64,000 bases of DNA from an uncultured virus (IMG/VR IMGVR_UViG_3300025849_000011) (taxonomy: Duplodnaviria; Heunggongvirae; Uroviricota; Caudoviricetes). Under the pieces are notes generated by a model, which ran no database searches, was not told the origin of the DNA, and saw nothing but the letters and a program-made list of their open reading frames with translations. The stretch lies in IMG/VR virus record IMGVR_UViG_3300025849_000011; one strand, given 5' to 3'. Position numbers and translations under genes: made by a program. This document shows positions 57,149-64,000 of this stretch, in pieces. Numbering within the stretch: the stretch's first letter is position 1; each line of letters begins with the position of its first letter.

Positions 57149-58767
57149 TATTCGTCTCCCGGATCACCAAATGGATTAGTTTCAGAAAAATCCAAGAAAT
57201 CTAATGTAGTACCACTTACATTAGCGGCAAATTCTTCATTCTGTTCATTTGAAGAAATTTTATTAACTTCTTTTACTGTCAAAATTTTTGTTCTAAATCC
57301 ATGATCGCCCCCAACAATATCTGAGTCTGATCCCGGTGCAAATGTATGATACTTTCCATCATCAGCACCTACATGAACTAAAGACATTACTCCAGTTTCT
57401 GAATTAAAATTAGTTATTTCACCTCTAAGTTTAGTGGTTGCTAATTGATGAGATATTTTTTCACCAACAGAATATTTCGCAAGGATTGGTGGAGCAATAT
57501 AAATTGAAGGTGCGCCCTTACTTGGTTCATAATATTTTCCCCTCGCAGTTATTACTATTCCTGTTATGGTTCTATTTGTTGGATGCACAACAGAGTGACC
57601 CGCCGCTCTGAAATGATTACTGTCTCCAGTTGCACTATCAAAAATTACTGTTGGTAATTCTGTATAAAATCTTCCAGCATTAGTCATCGTAACAGATAAA
57701 ATACTATTATCGCTATCATCTGGATTCATATTTGCAACTCCGGTTGCTGTAAAATCAGTTGCAACTTTTGTTGGGGCTGAAACAATTACGCTTGGCGCAT
57801 CTGTATAAAAATTTCCAGAATCTGTTATAGTTAAAGATGATAAAACCGCATTGGTTATAACTGGTAATGCACTAGCGGTAAAGTCGCTTGCTATCTTTTC
57901 TGGTGCTGAAATTGTAACAGTTGGTGGGCTAGAATAAAAATCCCCAGAATCTGTAATAGTCACAGTAGATACCACATGATCAACTATTGTTAAACTTGCT
58001 GTTGCAGTAAAATTACTTGACGGTAATGTTGGTGCTGAAATTGTAACAGTTGGTGATGTTGTATATCCACTACCAGAATCTGTAATTAAAACACTTGAAA
58101 GTCTATTATTAACTATTGTTGCTGTGGCGGTAGCAGTTGAACCACCAACAGAATCAAACGGTGAAATTGTTATTGTGGGTGGTGTAGAATTATCATAAAA
58201 TTTACCAGCATTGGTTATTGTTAATCCAGATAGTTTATTGGATGCTATTGAAGATGATACTAATGCTTGTTTATCATTATCAGTCGGGGCTGATATCGTT
58301 ATATTTGCAGTTCCAGCACTATCGCTATCATAAAATTTGCCAGCATTGGTTATTGTTAATCCAGATACTTTATTGGATACTATTGAAGATGATACTAATG
58401 CTTGTTTATTACTTGAATCTGTAGGTGGTGATATTGTTAGGGTAACCGTACTAGAACTATCATAAAATTTTCCAGCATTAGTAACTGTAAAAGAACTTAC
58501 TTTATTACCTGACAATATTGCCGATACTAATGCTTGTTTATTACTTGAATCTGTAGGTGGTGATATTGTAATATTCGGCACACTCAGATAATGTGATCCA
58601 GAAGTGGTAACTCCAATTGATATTGTTGTGGTGGCACTATCTAAGTTTGGTATCATAACCGCTTTGAGTATAGGAGTAGTCGGTGCTTCAATTACTATTG
58701 CAGGTGCAGAATCATATCCAAAACCAGCGTCAGTAATTAAACCACTTTGAATATAGTTAGTAGGCAT
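57148..58767 (-). CDS. Repeat-rich neck-associated protein carrying the gp14-type C-terminus
   Basis: About eight ITxxGxxY..P.VTISAP repeats; ends LDFSETNPFG; own GGAG RBS. Confidence 0.7.
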   Translation of the reverse strand: MPTNYIQSGLITDAGFGYDSAPAIVIEAPTTPILKAVMIPNLDSATTTISIGVTTSGSHYLSVPNITISPPTDSSNKQALVSAILSGNKVSSFTVTNAGKFYDSSSTVTLTISPPTDSSNKQALVSSSIVSNKVSGLTITNAGKFYDSDSAGTANITISAPTDNDKQALVSSSIASNKLSGLTITNAGKFYDNSTPPTITISPFDSVGGSTATATATIVNNRLSSVLITDSGSGYTTSPTVTISAPTLPSSNFTATASLTIVDHVVSTVTITDSGDFYSSPPTVTISAPEKIASDFTASALPVITNAVLSSLTITDSGNFYTDAPSVIVSAPTKVATDFTATGVANMNPDDSDNSILSVTMTNAGRFYTELPTVIFDSATGDSNHFRAAGHSVVHPTNRTITGIVITARGKYYEPSKGAPSIYIAPPILAKYSVGEKISHQLATTKLRGEITNFNSETGVMSLVHVGADDGKYHTFAPGSDSDIVGGDHGFRTKILTVKEVNKISSNEQNEEFAANVSGTTLDFLDFSETNPFGDPGDE

Positions 58768-59372
58768 TATAATACTCCTATATTAGCAGTCGCTATTGCT
58801 TGTCTAGGAATTTTTAAGGTAAGTTCATAAGTATAAGCACTTGTCGCTTCAAGTTCATCAAGAACTGCCAAAGATGTATCAAAAGATTCATCATTATATA
58901 CAAACAATTCACATCGCATTTTATATGTAGGTAGATTACTTAAAGCATAGAAAGGCTGTTCGTTTTCAACATGCATAATTTCAAACATGGAGTTTGAAAG
59001 AGGAAGATATATTAAATCTCCTTCCGCTGGCCTTTCTATTTGTTCTATATCATTAGTTGTTTGACCAACAAGACCTTTCCACCTTCTACGAGAAACTATA
59101 AATGTAGCAGCATCTCGTATTTCAACGCCAAACTTTGTAAACAGATCACCTTCACCATCAAACCCTTCAGTATTTTCAATATACATTTCTATTTTGTATG
59201 AAGAATTGAATGCTGATGGTACGTCATCACCGAATACTTTGTTTTCATTTACTATAGTTCTAGGAAGATAATAAACGTCTTGCCCATAAGTTTTGAGAGA
59301 CTCTATAACAATATCTTCATAAAGATTTTGTTCACTTCTTACTGTTTGAGAAATATAATGATTAGTTGTCAT
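58767..59372 (-). CDS. 14: Neck protein gp14 (N-terminal core)
   Basis: YGQDVYYLPR, IEMY, KFG.EIRD, P.EGDLIY.P, PFYAL. Confidence 0.88.
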   Translation of the reverse strand: MTTNHYISQTVRSEQNLYEDIVIESLKTYGQDVYYLPRTIVNENKVFGDDVPSAFNSSYKIEMYIENTEGFDGEGDLFTKFGVEIRDAATFIVSRRRWKGLVGQTTNDIEQIERPAEGDLIYLPLSNSMFEIMHVENEQPFYALSNLPTYKMRCELFVYNDESFDTSLAVLDELEATSAYTYELTLKIPRQAIATANIGVL

Positions 59373-59375
59373 AAT

Positions 59376-60134
59376 TTACCCCACCATAAAATCAGGTGGC
59401 ATTTCTTGTTCCAGCCTCATTCGTTCTTCAAGTCTATCTCTATCTTGTATGGCATCATCATATATTTGTCTACCATTTAATGTGACCCCACCTGGCATTT
59501 GCATATTTTCAAATTTAATAAGATTTGCCCCCCATTGAATTTTTATTAAACAAGTTGCATAATCTTTTAGAAACCTATCATTATAAACAGAAACATTTGT
59601 ATCTGGATCAATAATTTGCAACACTTCTACAACCAAATAATCACCTGCTTTTATATCACCGTTTTGCCACTCACCGTGAATATGAAGTCTATTCTCTCTT
59701 CGTGAATAGCCTACTTGTGGAATACCATTTAATTTGGTATCAATCAATGCCAAGTGTTGTTGCATTTGTTCATAGTACATTAAATCCCCAATAAAACTAC
59801 CCATATCAGCAACATCGTTTAACATCATTTGATATTTAATATCAAAGAAATTTGAAGTATTACCAGCAGTGATAATTGGAAATAATTTTGTTACATAAAT
59901 TACGCTTGAGGGTATTGGAATATATTTGTTTGTAACATCGTCAGAAGTAACGAGATGTTTTAAATATGTCCTATGTGTAGCATCTGAGTGAAATTCTTGA
60001 TAAAAATCAATTGCGTCATCAATACGATCCTCTACTTGGTCTGTCGCAACATTGATTTCAATTACTGGTGAGCCTAATCTTCTCAAACAATAATCTATCA
60101 ATTCATCTCTGGTGTCGGGTCTATTTGATGACAT
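59376..60134 (-). CDS. 13: Neck protein gp13
   Basis: LRRLG.PVIEINV, QWG.NL.KF, PGGVTLNG; late promoter at 60167-60174. Confidence 0.93.
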   Translation of the reverse strand: MSSNRPDTRDELIDYCLRRLGSPVIEINVATDQVEDRIDDAIDFYQEFHSDATHRTYLKHLVTSDDVTNKYIPIPSSVIYVTKLFPIITAGNTSNFFDIKYQMMLNDVADMGSFIGDLMYYEQMQQHLALIDTKLNGIPQVGYSRRENRLHIHGEWQNGDIKAGDYLVVEVLQIIDPDTNVSVYNDRFLKDYATCLIKIQWGANLIKFENMQMPGGVTLNGRQIYDDAIQDRDRLEERMRLEQEMPPDFMVG

Positions 60135-60203
60135 AGTGTTTCCTAATTAAATAGTTTGTTCACTTCTATTTATATAGATTTTAATCTCAACATATTATTA
60201 AAA

Positions 60204-60587
60204 TCATCCATAAGACCAAGATTGTGCGTCTGGGCCAGTGGGCGTACCACCGCCACCTTCACTAATTTCTGACGCAGGAAATACAGAACTCACTTTAATT
60301 ATATTATGTCCTATCACATCAGGAGTATATTTTCCAACAGAGTCTGAGAAAAAATCAGAATCGCGAGAAACAAATGTTGTATTAAGACTAGCATTATTTA
60401 CATTACTACCGCCAGAACTATTAATTGTATGACTATCACCGTTTATTTGTAATATCGTATTATTCGCAGAATATGCCCAACTAGAATTTGTATCATTAAC
60501 TTTAATATTAAACCTATCATTAAATACTTTAACATCTGGTTTTTGACTTACGCTTATTCTAGTGAGTTGATTAACAATAGATGACAT
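60204..60587 (-). CDS. Hypothetical virion protein
   Basis: Late region ORF. Confidence 0.55.
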   Translation of the reverse strand: MSSIVNQLTRISVSQKPDVKVFNDRFNIKVNDTNSSWAYSANNTILQINGDSHTINSSGGSNVNNASLNTTFVSRDSDFFSDSVGKYTPDVIGHNIIKVSSVFPASEISEGGGGTPTGPDAQSWSYG

Positions 60588-60596
60588 TACGATTAC

Positions 60597-62459
60597 CTAT
60601 GACAGTTGCACGTTTGTTAATATATCACTTGTACCTGATCCAGTTATAATAATTGCTTCGTTTACATCAGCAGAAGTACTAGTAGTTACAGTTGCGGTTG
60701 TTGCCCCACCACTGAAAGTCATTGTACTTCCTTGAATAGTTAAATTAACACTTACTGCCATTCTAGCACCATCCATACCATATGCACTAATTCCAACAGT
60801 AGAATTTATATTTGAACCAGAGTAGTTATAAGTGCTTGCAGCAGGTGTTACTGTCACTCTCACTGGAGTTGCATTAGATAGTAAATGAATATTAACTGGC
60901 ACATCATCTTGATCTGCACCAACCGCCCAAATTCTATCTGTTGAATCTCTTCCCACCGCATTAAATGATTCATTAATTGTGGCAGTTAACACCCATCCAT
61001 TAGTATTATCCCAATTATAAATTTTAAATGCATTTTCACTAAAAGTTCCTAATTTAGTTCTAGTATCATTTAACCATATAATTTGGTATATTTGAGTAGA
61101 TGATATTACGTTACTATGATATGTTAATAATGTAGCGTTAACATCACTTACGGCATAAGTTACGAATGTTCTTTTCGTCGCATCACTAGTAGTTACGTCT
61201 TTTTGGCCTTGTAAAGGAAATACCGTTAAATACCTATTTCCGCTATTAACAAAGGTTTCATTTATTGCAATTCCTTTAAGCCTGGCTCTATAAGCCGCAG
61301 TGCCATCCATATTATTTAACATTCCACTACTTAAAGTTCCAGTAATAGTTGAACATTGATCTCTGGTAAAAGTATCAGATGAAGTATTCCATTTAAAACA
61401 AAAAGGATGATAATTCATACTAGTATCAAAATATGGTACATAAAATGCTTTATTTCCCGAACTTGCTGGATCATCAAATACATGACTTGCCATTTTTGAA
61501 ATTGTCTCAAATGCAGTTGTTGCTCTTGTTCCACCCGCACTTGTTCCTGTTGCACCAGGTGCAGCAGTAAAAGTATGCAAGTCAGTTATAGTATTTGAAG
61601 CAACATTATGTTTTGTAATATATTGTTGATGATCATCTGTGCTTAAATTATATAAGTATAGCGGATTTCCATCACTTGCATTACCTATATATTGTAAAGT
61701 ATAATAATTCCTACGTGATGCTGTAATCATTTCTTGATTAGCGTAATGATGATCAGAAAACAAGGTTCTTCCAATCTGGACATATTGATATGCATAATTG
61801 TAGCGATAATAACCGTATATTCCAGAAACATAATTTCCGACTTTTACAGTTGACATATAAGGAATCGGAATATAACTACTGCTGTGATTGACATAGTAAT
61901 AATCGTTTGAAGGTGGTGAATCATTTAAATTGTAATTAGAACCTTTATTATACCAACTAACATTACAATGATAGTTTGAACTCCAGCCCTCATTTCCTAA
62001 CATTACCACTAATTCATCATTACCATCAACTATTCTACGCATTCTAGCATTTTCAACAGTTTCATCCATACTCATAAATGGGCAAGGGTCCACATTTGAC
62101 CAATAAGAGTCATTATGCCCACCTACGACTGCGCCATAACTAGTTCCTGCTGTCATTTTTGGAAGGAATATTGTAAAACCTCCACCAGCCCTGTAAGTAG
62201 AAATACTTATTGAAGTTTCATTATTGTTTACTACATTTAAACCAGCATAGCCATAAGCATCCACATGCCAACCTGTTACACCAAACGCCATTTGTGGAAA
62301 ACTGTGGGTCTGTTGTAATACTGCTTCTTCAGCCATTATAGGAGCAAGCGTGTTTTTATCATGGGGTTGTTGATACAGATAGATCATAGTACTTCCTGCA
62401 TGTGGACTCTCCACTACAGCAAATTTATGTGCTTGGTATCCCTTTTTAATTAGTGCCAT
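60597..62459 (-). CDS. Putative virion structural protein (beta-rich, C-terminal Ig-like)
   Basis: 620 aa, rich in S/T/N/Y. Confidence 0.55.
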   Translation of the reverse strand: MALIKKGYQAHKFAVVESPHAGSTMIYLYQQPHDKNTLAPIMAEEAVLQQTHSFPQMAFGVTGWHVDAYGYAGLNVVNNNETSISISTYRAGGGFTIFLPKMTAGTSYGAVVGGHNDSYWSNVDPCPFMSMDETVENARMRRIVDGNDELVVMLGNEGWSSNYHCNVSWYNKGSNYNLNDSPPSNDYYYVNHSSSYIPIPYMSTVKVGNYVSGIYGYYRYNYAYQYVQIGRTLFSDHHYANQEMITASRRNYYTLQYIGNASDGNPLYLYNLSTDDHQQYITKHNVASNTITDLHTFTAAPGATGTSAGGTRATTAFETISKMASHVFDDPASSGNKAFYVPYFDTSMNYHPFCFKWNTSSDTFTRDQCSTITGTLSSGMLNNMDGTAAYRARLKGIAINETFVNSGNRYLTVFPLQGQKDVTTSDATKRTFVTYAVSDVNATLLTYHSNVISSTQIYQIIWLNDTRTKLGTFSENAFKIYNWDNTNGWVLTATINESFNAVGRDSTDRIWAVGADQDDVPVNIHLLSNATPVRVTVTPAASTYNYSGSNINSTVGISAYGMDGARMAVSVNLTIQGSTMTFSGGATTATVTTSTSADVNEAIIITGSGTSDILTNVQLS

Positions 62460-62473
62460 ATCTTTATCCTACT

Positions 62474-62701
62474 TTATGCTTGAAGTTTATACCATTCAAT
62501 TGCTTCATTTATATCTACCCAATCACTTCTACTTCCATCTGGATTTGTTTTCCAAGGTTGAGTTAGACAAGGTTTTTTTGTACCATCCACAGTTTCTGAA
62601 ATTTCCAATGTTGTTCCATTAAGAACCGCATCAAATGTGCGAGTTATTGTTATTGCATTGTCACTATCATCAAAATCTTCATGTGTTTTTGTAAATTGCA
62701 T
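62474..62701 (-). CDS. Hypothetical protein
   Basis: 75 aa; late promoter at 62720-62727. Confidence 0.6.
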   Translation of the reverse strand: MQFTKTHEDFDDSDNAITITRTFDAVLNGTTLEISETVDGTKKPCLTQPWKTNPDGSRSDWVDINEAIEWYKLQA

Positions 62702-62733
62702 TTCAACTCCGTTTTATTTTATTTATATACAAA

Positions 62734-63420
62734 TTATACATATGTAAACATAACAGTAAGATCAGAACCCGCTGTAGTGCTTCCAATTTGTGTTATATCT
62801 ACCGTTAAATAATCATCTTCTACTAATGATATGCTAGGAGAACTATTAACAACTTTTGTTCCACCATCAGCAATTACCAATGTAGCAGCAGAAGAACCGT
62901 TCTTATTCACTGTTACATTTATTCCAGCACCAACTGGTGCTGTGTTAACTCTCGCAACAATTTTGCTTATTGTGTTTGATGTGCTAGGTGAGTACCATCT
63001 TTTTGTACCAGTAGTAACGATCAATGCGCCAGTTTGAACCATACTCACTATGCTTGAAGCAGTATCTTGAACTACTCCAGACGTATTAGTTGTTTCTAAA
63101 GTTCCTGTCGCGGATGCTTTAAGAACTACTGCTGTTGAACCAGAGCCAATCTTCATAGCAGGAATTACCATTTCACCGCTATCACTAGCCGTTAAAGAAA
63201 CTGTATTTGCACCAGTGCCAATTTCTATTGAAGGCAACCCAATTGCACCACCTACGTTTGATGAAATTGATCCACTATCCCCTAGATATAATGTATTACC
63301 GCTTAAATGTAAATCTTTCCACTTTTTAGTGGATGAACCTAAATCATATGCAGAGTCGTTACTAGGATTAAAATTTCCAAACATCTCTCCATTTGCTAAT
63401 GATCTTCCTTTGGTGGGCAT
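62734..63420 (-). CDS. Short fibre-like virion protein
   Basis: P..D..YDLGS..KKWKDLHLSGNTLYLG fibre motif; late promoter at 63448-63455. Confidence 0.65.
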   Translation of the reverse strand: MPTKGRSLANGEMFGNFNPSNDSAYDLGSSTKKWKDLHLSGNTLYLGDSGSISSNVGGAIGLPSIEIGTGANTVSLTASDSGEMVIPAMKIGSGSTAVVLKASATGTLETTNTSGVVQDTASSIVSMVQTGALIVTTGTKRWYSPSTSNTISKIVARVNTAPVGAGINVTVNKNGSSAATLVIADGGTKVVNSSPSISLVEDDYLTVDITQIGSTTAGSDLTVMFTYV

Positions 63421-63466
63421 ATTAGGTTATCCTTAGTTATTATCTACTATTTATATGATTATCAAT

Positions 63467-64000
63467 TTATATTGGTTTAATAACAAATTTATTTCTTGTG
63501 GTATATACGTCCATCATTCCATTATTACCCAATGTTATAAATTTATCCCCTTCTGGAGTGAAATGAACATCTGCCATATTTTTATTATTTGGACCAGTTA
63601 ATAAATATTCATGGGTATTGAATGTACTACTAGAGAATGGATTTGTAATTGTATATTCTCGCACAAAACCTTTGGTGCTTGGACCACCAACAATTATCAT
63701 TTTATTCTCAGAATCGTTTAATGCCATACCAGTAATCAGACTATAATCAGGTAGTGTTGAAAAAGCAGAATCATATACCGCACTGTAAATTTCATTTGAA
63801 TCTGATAGATTATACCTATGAACTTTCTGAGCGGTAGTGCTTCTATTTTCAATAACATACATCTGTTTTCCATCAGAGGTTAATGTTACATCATGCAGCC
63901 GATTTGATGGAATGTAAGCATCTAAATTTAAATATTTTTGTGTTTGTACCGTAACTGCTGAATTTAAATCCGCACTGTCATTATTTGCTGCACTGCTATT
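63467..64000 (-). CDS. Virion protein, beta-propeller-like (partial, starts beyond window)
   Basis: Frame stays open to 64000; SDGKQMYV and FTPEGDKFI blade-like motifs. Confidence 0.6.
   Translation of the reverse strand, partial: NSSAANNDSADLNSAVTVQTQKYLNLDAYIPSNRLHDVTLTSDGKQMYVIENRSTTAQKVHRYNLSDSNEIYSAVYDSAFSTLPDYSLITGMALNDSENKMIIVGGPSTKGFVREYTITNPFSSSTFNTHEYLLTGPNNKNMADVHFTPEGDKFITLGNNGMMDVYTTRNKFVIKPI

Noticed and set aside
57900..58570. Duplicated segments as DGR template/variable repeats
   Set aside because: Tandem domain duplications within one ORF; no reverse transcriptase and no adenine-specific pattern evident
210..63436. Numerous short plus-strand and off-frame ORFs in the track
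   Set aside because: Antisense or frame shadows of clear minus-strand genes, with no RBS or motifs noticed; only 38942-39280 and 14630-14992 have independent support
1..64000. tRNA genes, introns or inteins
   Set aside because: No intergenic gap with a cloverleaf seen; genes 43, 41, 17 and 23 are of normal length and uninterrupted

Overview
64 kb of a T4-like (Tevenvirinae-style core, marine-type) myophage genome, AT-rich, with essentially all genes on the minus strand. Right half: neck, tail, packaging and head genes (13, 14 split in two, 15-20, an inserted tail fibre plus Gly-rich partner, 67/68-like, 21-23, 3). Middle: uvsY, uvsW, 55, 47, 46, 45, 44, dexA, 62, regA, 43, uvsX and 41. The accessory stretches carry metabolic genes (fba, mini-pckA, PMM, cytidylyltransferase, pyrD, thyX, purS, PRTase, dNMP kinase, mazG, a cytochrome oxidase subunit IV-like peptide), three DNA methyltransferases and Hsp20. 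Several cues suggest an alphaproteobacterial host: the CtaH-like peptide, a ROSE hairpin, an RpoH-like promoter and GANTC motifs in promoters. Best leads: (1) a late-expressed block at 24.4-29.0 kb in which most proteins start with a T4-like capsid-targeting leader (MKxFxxxxxE), including a SpoT/Mesh1-type HD hydrolase and a CCA-adding enzyme, i.e. a possible virion-delivered tRNA-3'-end/alarmone repair kit; (2) a CmoA-like SAM-modifying enzyme coupled to a C5 cytosine transferase that has atypical residues and hides a second protein in its +1 frame; (3) a C-terminal clamp-binding-like motif on all three DNA methyltransferases. All calls come from motif recognition by eye; no searches were run. 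No tRNA, rRNA or CRISPR array was seen.
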